Origin: Alphaproteobacteria bacterium
Lineage (GTDB): Bacteria; Pseudomonadota; Alphaproteobacteria; GCA-2731375
Direction of reading: 5' to 3'
NCBI GenBank assembly: GCA_029936195.1
Contig: JAPYUH010000005.1
Span: 15,821-49,881 of the forward strand
DNA: 34,061 bases
Below the pieces are notes generated by a model. That model was not told the DNA's origin. It ran no database searches and was given only the letters and a program-made list of their open reading frames with translations. This document shows positions 18,450 to 26,975 of the stretch, piece by piece. The number at the start of each line of letters is the position of its first letter. Position 1 is the first letter of the stretch. Position numbers and translations under genes: made by a program.

Positions 18450-18487
18450 CCGCATGGGGTGCGTTACCATGAGCGCAACCCATGCGG
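18450..18487. repeat. Imperfect 16-bp inverted repeat (terminator- or REP-like hairpin) downstream of the peroxiredoxin
   Basis: CCGCATGGGGTGCGTT-ACCATG-AGCGCAACCCATGCGG, with two non-Watson-Crick positions; ~40 nt past the Prx stop. Confidence 0.55.
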
Positions 18488-18525
18488 TCCCGGCCCGCCG
18501 AATTGGCCGAAATATGCAATAAAGA

Positions 18526-19188
18526 TTACGAGCTGGGATCTGGCACGAAGCGCAAATAGGGCTTTGGCGCGGTCCAGCCGTCGGGATATTTGGCCTTGGC
18601 GTCTTCGTCGGAGATGGCCGGCACGATGATGACATCCTCGCCCTTTTTCCAATTGACCGGCGTCGCGACCTGATGCTGGGCGGTCAGTTGGCAGGAATCC
18701 AGGACGCGCAGCACTTCGTCGAAGTTGCGTCCCGTGCTCATGGGATAAGTCAGGGACAGCTTGATCTTCTTGTCGGGGCCGATCAGGAAGACCGTGCGCA
18801 CCGTTGCATTATTGACCGCCGTGCGGCCGTCCGATCCCCCGCTTTCGTCCGCCGGCAGCATTTCATATTGTTTAGCCACGGCCAAATCCGTGTCGCCGAT
18901 CATGGGATAGGTCACCGCATGGCCCTGCACATCCTCTATGTCCTTGGCCCAGGCGGCGTGATTTTCCACCGGATCCACGGACAGTCCGATGATCTTGCAA
19001 TTGCGCTTGTCGAATTCCGGCTTCAGGCCGGCCATGTAACCCAGTTCCGTGGTGCACACCGGCGTGAAATCCTTGGGGTGGGAAAACAGCATGGCCCAGC
19101 CATCGCCGATCCAGTCGTGAAAGCTGATGGCGCCTTCGGTGGTTTTCGCCGTGAAATCCGGTGCCTGGTCATTAATTCTCAGGGTCAT
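18526..19188 (-). CDS. 1-Cys peroxiredoxin (Prx6 subfamily)
   Basis: FSHPKDFTPVCTTE, TVRTVFLIGPDKK, YPMSTGRNFDEVLR, VATPVNW, KPYLR. Confidence 0.95.
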   Translation of the reverse strand: MTLRINDQAPDFTAKTTEGAISFHDWIGDGWAMLFSHPKDFTPVCTTELGYMAGLKPEFDKRNCKIIGLSVDPVENHAAWAKDIEDVQGHAVTYPMIGDTDLAVAKQYEMLPADESGGSDGRTAVNNATVRTVFLIGPDKKIKLSLTYPMSTGRNFDEVLRVLDSCQLTAQHQVATPVNWKKGEDVIIVPAISDEDAKAKYPDGWTAPKPYLRFVPDPSS

Positions 19189-19234
19189 TGGTTTCGCCTC
19201 CGCGCGATAAGTTAATGTGTTTCAAATTGGTATC

Positions 19235-20140
19235 CTAAATGCAAGCTGACAACAAGGACGCGCGCAGACAGTCTGAATCAATTTGACCCTCGATGCCAAT
19301 CAAAACCAATTGAGTTGCCGGCACCTCCTCCCGCCAGGCGGGGCCCAGGGAAAGTTCGTGTCGACAGCCCACCAGTTGCAGAACATGGGCATGCACCGGA
19401 TCATCTCCCAGGCGCACCAGCCCCTTGGCGCGCAGGACACCCCTGGGCCAAGACGCAATCCGTGCCAGCAATCGCTCCCGGTCCAGCGCCCTTGGGGTCC
19501 GGAACACCACCGTTTGATAAGTGGCGTGAGGTTCCGCATGGATTGTTTGCGGCAGGCCGCCGGCACCGAGCAAAATTGTAAATGGTATAGCGCCGAAAGA
19601 GGTTGGGATGACGCGGCTATCGGATGCCTCCGCCGCCAGCCATGTCATCACGGATTGGTTTTGCGCGCCGGTCAGCAAATCCGTCTTGTTAAGAAGCAAG
19701 ATATCCGCCGCCGCCAATTGCAATTGAACAGTATGGCCAACGAACTTGTCCGCCGCTTGCGCCTGGATATTATCGCCATCGGCAAGAACGATGACCCCAT
19801 CCAGGCATAAACCGGGCCAGCCCCGGCCATACATGGCGATTTTGGCGGGATTGGCAACGCCGCTGGCTTCGATAACGATATGATCGGGGGGCACAGCCAT
19901 GGCCAGGACTTTGTCGAGGGCCTCGCCCAGGGCATCGGCGATGGTGCAGCATACACAGCCATTGGACAGCGATATGGTATCGCCGTCATGGGCCGCGATC
20001 AGCCGGGCATCGATATTGATGGCGCCGAAGTCATTGACCAAAACCGCCAGTCGCAGGCCATGGTCGCCGGCCAGCAGGCTGTTGATCATCGTGGTCTTGC
20101 CGGCGCCCAGATAACCGCCGATCACGGTAACCGGTATCAT
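19235..20140 (-). CDS. CobW/COG0523 family G3E GTPase metallochaperone
   Basis: IPVTVIGGYLGAGKTT, VNDFG, GCVCC, IEASG, NKTD, RAKG. True start is ATG 20140. Confidence 0.9.
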   Translation of the reverse strand: MIPVTVIGGYLGAGKTTMINSLLAGDHGLRLAVLVNDFGAINIDARLIAAHDGDTISLSNGCVCCTIADALGEALDKVLAMAVPPDHIVIEASGVANPAKIAMYGRGWPGLCLDGVIVLADGDNIQAQAADKFVGHTVQLQLAAADILLLNKTDLLTGAQNQSVMTWLAAEASDSRVIPTSFGAIPFTILLGAGGLPQTIHAEPHATYQTVVFRTPRALDRERLLARIASWPRGVLRAKGLVRLGDDPVHAHVLQLVGCRHELSLGPAWREEVPATQLVLIGIEGQIDSDCLRASLLSACI

Positions 20141-20147
20141 GGCAGTA

Positions 20148-21800
20148 TCACGGGCGCTTGATGGGATGGGGGCGCCCTTCGAAAACTGTGCCCCAGATGG
20201 GAATTTCGCGCAGGTTTTCCGCCCCCACCTCGTAGGGGTCCTGTTCCAGAATAGTAAAATCCGCGGTCTTGCCGCCGCGAATGCTGCCGATCTCGTGCTC
20301 CAGACCCAGAATATAGGCGGCATCGATGGTGATCGCGCGCAATGCCTGGTCCAGGGTCAGGCGTTCTTCCGGCCCCATGACATGGCCGGCTTCGCTGATC
20401 CTGGTGGCGGCGACCCAGGCGCTGTTCAGGGGCAGGGCCGGGGCCATGGTGAAATCAGTATGCAGGGCCGTGGTCACATTGTGCCGGGCCAGGGTGCCCA
20501 GGCGGGACATTTGGCTGGCCCGCTCGTGGCCCAATTTGTTCTGCCAATAGGCATGCCCCAACTCGTGCACGTAGTAGATATTGACCGAGGCCAGGGCACC
20601 CAGATCCGCCATGCGGCGCACCTGCTCCGGCGTGGAGACGCCGAAATGCTCAATGGTGAAACGGTGGTTAAATCTCGGCCGTTCCCATTGCAGCTTTTCC
20701 AGGGTATCGAGGGCCAGCTCCACGCCCATATCGCCGGTACAATGGACATGGATCTTAAAGCCCGCGTTCCAATAGGCCCGGGCCACCTGCTCAAAGGTCT
20801 CGGGCGGGGTCATCCATTCGCCATGGGAGCCGTCGATGGCGCCGGGCGGGCCCAGCTGCATCAGACCGGCATAAAAACCGCCGTCGGCGAACAGCTTCAC
20901 ATGGTCATAAAATCGCAGGCGATGGGTGTTGCGTTCACGCAGGCCGACGGTTCGTTGCACCAGTCTGTCGCCGTCCTTTTGGCCACCTCCAAGGGCATTG
21001 CCAGGCGGAATCATCTGCACCCGGAATGGGGTATCGTCCCGCTCCAACACCTTGACCAGGGCGTCCCATTCCATGTCCAGATTAAACATCCCCGCCGCCA
21101 TGTCGCCGATCGTGGTGTGGCCGCCAAAGTGGACCACTTCGGCCAACCGCTCCAGCCCGCCTTCAAATCGTTTGGATTCCAGGATGTAGGGATTGAAATA
21201 ACGATAGGCCAGGGACAAGCCGGTTTCGAAAAAGCGGCCTTCCGCCATGTTGACCTGCGGATGCCGTTCCCCGTCCGCTTCATCCATGCCCATCCAGGCA
21301 ATGGCGGCATCATTGACCACCAAGGTGTGAAAGCCGCGATGCCAGACGATGATCGGGCGGTTGGCGGAAATGCCATTCAAGGTCCGGCGGTCCACCTCGC
21401 CATGCCAAATGGGGTGATGGCCCCAGGTAAACATTGGTTCGTCGGGGTCGCCCATGTCCAGATCGATCTCTTTCAGGCGATCCAGAAATTCATTGTGGCC
21501 CCGTGTGGCGGGGACGTCCTGCCAAGGCAGATGCCATTCCAGGGCGGTGGTAAAATGCATGGGCAGCAGTACCGCCGCCATTGAGGGATGCAAATGCGGG
21601 TCGATAAAGCCCGGCATGATGACGTGGTCGCGAAAGCGCTCGTCGATGGTATGGGGATGGGCATCCAGCCAGGGCCGCATGCTCTCAAGGCTGCCGACCT
21701 CGATAATTTTGTCACCGCGCACGGCCACCGCCTCGGCCGTGGGCAGGGCCGGCTCCATGGTGCGGATCATGCGGGCCGGGTAAACGGTGATTGGTTCCAT
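20148..21800 (-). CDS. Amidohydrolase_3 family (YtcJ/NfdA-like) metal-dependent hydrolase
   Basis: PGFIDPHLH, KLFADG, HVHCTGD, IEH, LHTDF, GSIRGGKTADF. Confidence 0.9.
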   Translation of the reverse strand: MEPITVYPARMIRTMEPALPTAEAVAVRGDKIIEVGSLESMRPWLDAHPHTIDERFRDHVIMPGFIDPHLHPSMAAVLLPMHFTTALEWHLPWQDVPATRGHNEFLDRLKEIDLDMGDPDEPMFTWGHHPIWHGEVDRRTLNGISANRPIIVWHRGFHTLVVNDAAIAWMGMDEADGERHPQVNMAEGRFFETGLSLAYRYFNPYILESKRFEGGLERLAEVVHFGGHTTIGDMAAGMFNLDMEWDALVKVLERDDTPFRVQMIPPGNALGGGQKDGDRLVQRTVGLRERNTHRLRFYDHVKLFADGGFYAGLMQLGPPGAIDGSHGEWMTPPETFEQVARAYWNAGFKIHVHCTGDMGVELALDTLEKLQWERPRFNHRFTIEHFGVSTPEQVRRMADLGALASVNIYYVHELGHAYWQNKLGHERASQMSRLGTLARHNVTTALHTDFTMAPALPLNSAWVAATRISEAGHVMGPEERLTLDQALRAITIDAAYILGLEHEIGSIRGGKTADFTILEQDPYEVGAENLREIPIWGTVFEGRPHPIKRP

Positions 21801-23323
21801 CACGGTGTTTCCTCTTTGGGCATGCGGACAAGCCAGAGCAGCGGCAGGGGGATAATGGCGATTATGGCATACAGGCGGAAGGCATTTATGTAGCCGATCA
21901 TGGCGGCTTGGCGCTTAATCTCGGCCGATGTGGCCGACAGACCCTCGACGGTGCCCAGATCCAGCACCCCGGTGATCCAGGGCAGGGTCAAAATCTTGGA
22001 AAACTCGGACAGCGGCATACCCAATTCGACGCTGTTTACGAAGGTCGAACGAATGACCACGGCTACGCAGATAGAAATGAACAGCGACGAGGCAAAATTG
22101 CGGAACATGTGAAACACCGCCGAGGCCTCGTCCAGGAAGTCGGGCTTAATGGTGGAAAACATGATCAGCGTCAGCGGCACCCAGGACATCCCAATACCCA
22201 GGCCTTGCAGGGCGCCGGTCCAGGCGACGCCGAAATAGGTCAGATTGACGTCATATTGGGCAAGGGCGTAACCCGATACCGCCTGGCAGAGAAAGCCAAA
22301 GGCCAGCGTGGCGTGCACATTCCATTGCGCCATACGGATCACCAGCAAGAACGATATCAGATTGCCCGCGCCGCGGATAGCCAGCAGAATGCCGATGGTG
22401 CTGTCGGGGTAGCCGCGCAATTCCTGCAGCATGGAGGGGATCAGCACCAGGGGCGCGACATTCAACATGCCGAACATAAAGGCTAGAATTAGCCCAATGG
22501 TATAGTTTCGGTTTAGGAACAATGCCGGCCTGATAAAGGGCCGCGCCGAAGTGGAAATATGGACCAGGAAGATATAGACGGCGAGGAAACCAACGGTGCA
22601 TTCGACGATGGTTTCAGGGGATTCGAACCAGGAATTACGCTCGCCTCGGTCGAACATGAACTGGAAGGCGGCCAGGGCGGCGGCGAGAGCCAGAAAGCCG
22701 AGCCAGTCCAGCGGCGGGCTGGGCGGCCGTACCGGCCGCCGTTTGACGAACATCCAGATCGCCCCGAAGGTCAGGACGCCAAACGGCACCAACATGAAGA
22801 AGACCCAGCGCCAACTGTATTCTTCCGCGATGGCGCCCCCTATGGTGGGCCCGATGATCGGCCCCATGCACACGCCCACGCCCCACAGAGCCGTGGCCAT
22901 GCTGTGCTCTTTGCGGGGAAAGGTATCCAATATGATGGCCTGGGACACCGGCACCAGGGGGGCGCCGAAGGCGCCTTGTAGAATACGGTAAAATACCAAG
23001 GCCTCCAGGCTGTCGGCCAGACCGCACAAAACGGAGGCAATGGTAAAGCCGACGGTGCCCAGCAACAACACATTGCGCCGGCCGAAGCGGTTCGACAGCC
23101 AGCCCGAAATAGGCGTCATCACGGCGGTGGCGACCAGATTGAAGGTGATCACCCAAGCCACCTGATCCGGCGTCGCCGACAGGGCGCCACGCATTTGCGG
23201 CAGCACCACGTTGGCGACCGTGATCGCCATTGCGTACAGCATGGTGGTGGCGGAAACTGTGGCCAAAACGATGAAACGCTGCGATGGCGCTACCATCGTG
23301 GCCGGATCGACTGTCATGGTCAT
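21800..23323 (-). CDS. DHA2-family MFS transporter (EmrB/QacA-like)
   Basis: ANVVLPQMRG, WLSNRFGRR, RILQGAFGAPLVPVSQ, GPIIGPTIGG, WRWVFF, DRGE...WFES. Start uncertain within 23296-23344. Confidence 0.88.
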   Translation of the reverse strand: MTMTVDPATMVAPSQRFIVLATVSATTMLYAMAITVANVVLPQMRGALSATPDQVAWVITFNLVATAVMTPISGWLSNRFGRRNVLLLGTVGFTIASVLCGLADSLEALVFYRILQGAFGAPLVPVSQAIILDTFPRKEHSMATALWGVGVCMGPIIGPTIGGAIAEEYSWRWVFFMLVPFGVLTFGAIWMFVKRRPVRPPSPPLDWLGFLALAAALAAFQFMFDRGERNSWFESPETIVECTVGFLAVYIFLVHISTSARPFIRPALFLNRNYTIGLILAFMFGMLNVAPLVLIPSMLQELRGYPDSTIGILLAIRGAGNLISFLLVIRMAQWNVHATLAFGFLCQAVSGYALAQYDVNLTYFGVAWTGALQGLGIGMSWVPLTLIMFSTIKPDFLDEASAVFHMFRNFASSLFISICVAVVIRSTFVNSVELGMPLSEFSKILTLPWITGVLDLGTVEGLSATSAEIKRQAAMIGYINAFRLYAIIAIIPLPLLWLVRMPKEETP

Positions 23324-23456
23324 GGTGAACTCTATATCAGGCAATGATCAAGAATGGCGTGCTAAATTAAATCGCCTCCCATTTCACCAGCCTGGTCTTG
23401 CCGCCGTTATCAACACTGCGATAAACTGGGCCCACCGCGATCATAAAGGATTGGCC

Positions 23457-24886
23457 ATGGCTGATGCCGAGGTAACCCGGCGGTTGGCCGCCATACTTGC
23501 CGCCGACGTCGTCGGATATAGTAAGTTGATGGGGGCGGACGAGGCCGGCACCCTGGCCGCGTTGCGCGATATTTGGCAAGAGGAATTCGACCCTGCATAG
23601 CCCGGCACAACGGCCGCATCGCCAAGAAAATGGGCGATGGCGCCCTGGCGGAATTTGCCTCCGTGGTCGACGCGGTGTCCTGCGCCGTGGCTTTTCAAAG
23701 ACGCATGGCGGACCGGAACAGTACCCTGGGCGGTGCCCAAGACAATGATGGCCCGGCGCCCATGGAATTCCGAGTCGGCGTTAACCTGGGCGATATCTGG
23801 ATCGAGGACGGCGATATATTCGGCGACGGCGTCAACATCGCGGCCAGACTGGAAGGCCTGGCGCCCGCGGGCGGTGTTCTAATCTCGGATTCCGTTCATG
23901 GCCAGGTCGTGGGCAAGGTCGATGTTGAATTCTCTGATAGGGGCGAACGGCGGCTCAAGAATATCGATCGTCCGGTGCACTGCTGGCAATGGGATGGCAA
24001 GGTGGATCGTGCCGCCAACCCGGAAAAGACCATTGCGGATGCGTCCCTGGAACAAAAAATCCACTTCTGCACCTCGTCCGACGGCGCCGAAATCGCCTAC
24101 GCCACATCCGGCACCGGACCGCCCCTGGTTCGCGCCCCCCATTGGATGAGCCATCTTGAATTCGATTGGCAGTCGCCGATCTGGCGCCACGTATTGGCAT
24201 CATTGAGCCAGGAAAATACCCTGGTCCGGTTTGATCAACGGGCCAACGGTCTTTCGGATTGGGATGTGGAGGAGGTCTCCTTCGAAGCTTTTGTCAGTGA
24301 TTTGGAAGCCGTCGTCGATGCCGCGAATCTGGAACGCTTTCCCCTCTTCGGCATCTCCCAGGGTTGTGCCATATCCATTGCCTATGCGGTGCGGCACCCG
24401 CATCGGGTCAGCCGCCTCGTTCTGTACGGCGGGTTTGCCCGGGGCAACGAACAAAGGGGCTCGGCCGCCGCCGACCAGGCCGTCGCCATGCGTACGTTGA
24501 TCAAAACCGGATGGGGCCGCGACAACCCGGCCTTTCGCCAAATGTTTACCTCCAGTTTCCTGCCTGGCGGCACGACGGAACAATGGGACTGGTTCAACGA
24601 ATTGCAAAGGGTCAGCGTGTCGCCGGAAAACGCCGTGCGCCTCCGTACCGCCAACGACAATGTGGATATCACCGACCTGCTGCAACAAGTGACGGTGCCG
24701 ACACTGGTCATGCATTGCAAGGGCGACGGCATTGTCCCGTTCAGCGAAGGCCGCCGCATGGCCGCCATGATACCCGGCGCCCGGTTCGTGCCCTTGGAAG
24801 GCGAAAATCATCTGATCTTGGAAGACGAGCCCGCCTGGCCGATATTTCTGGCGGAGCTGCGCAGTTTTCTGGCGGCGCCGGATTAA
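23457..24886 (+). pseudogene. Class III adenylate/guanylate cyclase fused to an alpha/beta-hydrolase, split by a 1-nt frameshift near 23591-23597
   Basis: AAAGGA RBS and ATG 23457 give RRLAAILAADVVGYSKLM...EEFDPA then TAG 23598. The -1 frame continues IARHNGRIAKKMGDG, RVGVNLGD, GDGVNIAARLE, then the hydrolase (GISQG, ENH). Real lesion or sequencing error cannot be distinguished from this sequence. Confidence 0.8.
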
Positions 24887-24893
24887 CTTGCCG

Positions 24894-25145
24894 CTAACCA
24901 CCAACCGATAAATCGGTCCCCGGCAGGGGCGCTTCGCCGCCAACCCGGTGGGTCACCATGCGCCGGTGTAATGTGGTGATGGCGTCGCTGCCCGTGCGGC
25001 CGAACCAGAACGGAAAGATGCCGTGCAGCAAACAGGCGCATCCGGCGGCCAGCATGGTCAGGCCAAATCCGGAGGCGGTGATGAAATGCGCGCCATAGGT
25101 TTCATTGACCGCAGCCGGATGCTCGGTGAAGGAAATACGCGCCAT
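24894..25145 (-). CDS. DUF6356-like small protein
   Basis: FTEHPAAVNETY..H, CLLHGIFPFWF..TGS pattern. GGGAGA RBS; divergent from the Lrp/AsnC regulator. Confidence 0.75.
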   Translation of the reverse strand: MARISFTEHPAAVNETYGAHFITASGFGLTMLAAGCACLLHGIFPFWFGRTGSDAITTLHRRMVTHRVGGEAPLPGTDLSVGG

Positions 25146-25318
25146 GAAGTAATCTCCCAGCTATACCTGTATCATTCGTTGGGAATAATATAATGCGAAG
25201 AAGACGGAAAATTGTTGCTTTATAACTAATAAATTCAGGTGTGTTTATTAATTCATGCTTAAAATATGCGGTAAATTAGATTCAGATTTCACATCACCGT
25301 AGAAAAGCATAAATCCTC

Positions 25319-25768
25319 ATGGATGAATTTGATCGCCGTATCCTAACGGTCCTGCAAACAGATGCGTCCCAATCCGTGGCGCAGATCGCCGATCAGGTGG
25401 GCTTGTCGCCGACCCCGTGCTGGCGGCGGGTTCAGAAGCTGGAAGCCAACGGCGTCATCCGGGGCCGCGTGGCGTTGCTGGATGCGGCGCAGTTGGATCT
25501 GGGCCTCACCGTATTCGTGCACCTGCGCATCGCCCGCCACGGCAGCGACTGGTTGGAAGCCTTCACCCGCGCCATGATGGCCATGCCGGAGGTGCTGGAG
25601 GTCAGCCGGCTGGCCGGCAACTGGGATTATCTATTGCGGGTCGTGGTGGCCGACATGCCGGCCTACGATCGGTTCTACAAACGCCTGATCGAGGTTGACG
25701 GACTGAACGATGTCTCCTCCAGCTTTTCCATGGAGCAGATCAAATACACCACGGCGTTGCCGCTTTAG
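25319..25768 (+). CDS. Lrp/AsnC family transcriptional regulator, DecR (YbaO)-like
   Basis: HTH DRRIL..LQ.DA...VGLSPTPCWRRVQKLE. C-terminus AYDRFYKRLI...SSFSMEQIKYTTALPL is typical of the DecR subgroup. Confidence 0.9.
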   Translation: MDEFDRRILTVLQTDASQSVAQIADQVGLSPTPCWRRVQKLEANGVIRGRVALLDAAQLDLGLTVFVHLRIARHGSDWLEAFTRAMMAMPEVLEVSRLAGNWDYLLRVVVADMPAYDRFYKRLIEVDGLNDVSSSFSMEQIKYTTALPL

Positions 25769-25805
25769 GAAATTCCAGTTTGATTGGACTCGCCAAGCCA
25801 GCCCG

Positions 25806-26960
25806 CTAACTCCCGTAACCGGGCCGGCGGGGGATGACCACGTCGCGGTGGACATGGACGCTGAGGATCAAGCCGAAGCCGATCAACAGGGACATCATGG
25901 AGGTGCCGCCATAGGAGACTAGGGGAAGCGGCACGCCGACCACAGGGATCAGGCCCATGACCATGGCCATGTTGATGAAGACGTAGAGGAAAAATGTCGT
26001 GATCATGCCGGCGGCCAGCAGGCGGCCGAACTGGTTGCGGCACCGCAGGGCGATGGCATAGCCGTAGACGATGACCAGAATGTATAGGCTCAAAAGTCCG
26101 AGGCAGCCGATTAGCCCGAACTCCTCCGCCAGCATGGTGAAGATGAAATCGGTTTGCCGCTCGGGCAAAAATGCCAAATGGCTTTGCGTGCCCTGCATGA
26201 AGCCCTTGCCGAACAGGCCGCCAGATCCGAGCGCGATCTTGGATTGCATGATGTGGTAGCCGGCGCCCAGGGGGTCGCGCTCCGGGTTCAGATAAGTCAG
26301 CACCCGGTCCTTTTGATAGCCGTGCAGCATGAACCGCCAGGCGATTGGGATGGCCGCCAAAATTGTGCCGAACAGCACCGCGAACTTCCATAATCTGACC
26401 CCGGCCAGCAACAGGATCGCCGTTGCCGTTGCCAACAGCAATATCGCCGTGCCCAAATCCGGCTGCCGCATGACCAGGGCCACGGGCACCAGGATCAGGG
26501 CGACGGGCACCACCAGCCACCGTATCCGCCCCACCTCTTCCAAGGAGGTGCCGTGGTAAAACCGCGCCAGGGCCAGGACCAGGGCGATCTTCATCACTTC
26601 CGATGGCTGCAGCTGGAACAGGCCCAAGTCGACCCAGCGCTGCGCGCCCATGCCGACAACGCCGATCAACTCCACCGCGATCAACAACACCAAGGCGGCG
26701 GCATAAATCAGATAGGCGTGGCGCAGCCAGGCCCGGATATCGATCAGGGCGATCAGCAGCATCAAGACCAAGCCGGCGCCGTAGCGGATCATCTGGCGCG
26801 AGGCCCAGGGGTCGATATGGCCGTTGGCGGCGGAATACAGCATGGCGAAGCCAACGCAGGCGATGAGCGAGATCAGGACGATCAGCAGCCAGTTGATCTG
26901 TACCAGTTTCTGCAGCAGGGTCAGATCCACCTGCCGCCCCATGGGGCTGCCCAATGTCAT
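25806..26960 (-). CDS. rodA: Rod shape-determining protein RodA (SEDS glycosyltransferase)
   Basis: GAQRW, QPSEVMK, QPDLGT, GYHIMQSKIALGSGG, FLPERQTDFIF, PLVSYGGTS; follows mrdA. Confidence 0.96.
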   Translation of the reverse strand: MTLGSPMGRQVDLTLLQKLVQINWLLIVLISLIACVGFAMLYSAANGHIDPWASRQMIRYGAGLVLMLLIALIDIRAWLRHAYLIYAAALVLLIAVELIGVVGMGAQRWVDLGLFQLQPSEVMKIALVLALARFYHGTSLEEVGRIRWLVVPVALILVPVALVMRQPDLGTAILLLATATAILLLAGVRLWKFAVLFGTILAAIPIAWRFMLHGYQKDRVLTYLNPERDPLGAGYHIMQSKIALGSGGLFGKGFMQGTQSHLAFLPERQTDFIFTMLAEEFGLIGCLGLLSLYILVIVYGYAIALRCRNQFGRLLAAGMITTFFLYVFINMAMVMGLIPVVGVPLPLVSYGGTSMMSLLIGFGLILSVHVHRDVVIPRRPGYGS

Positions 26961-26975
26961 CTCTCGACCGTCACA

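Noticed and set aside
20141-20323. N-terminal extension of the COG0523 ORF
   Set aside because: Overlaps the amidohydrolase in another frame; the family begins at MIPVTVIGG.
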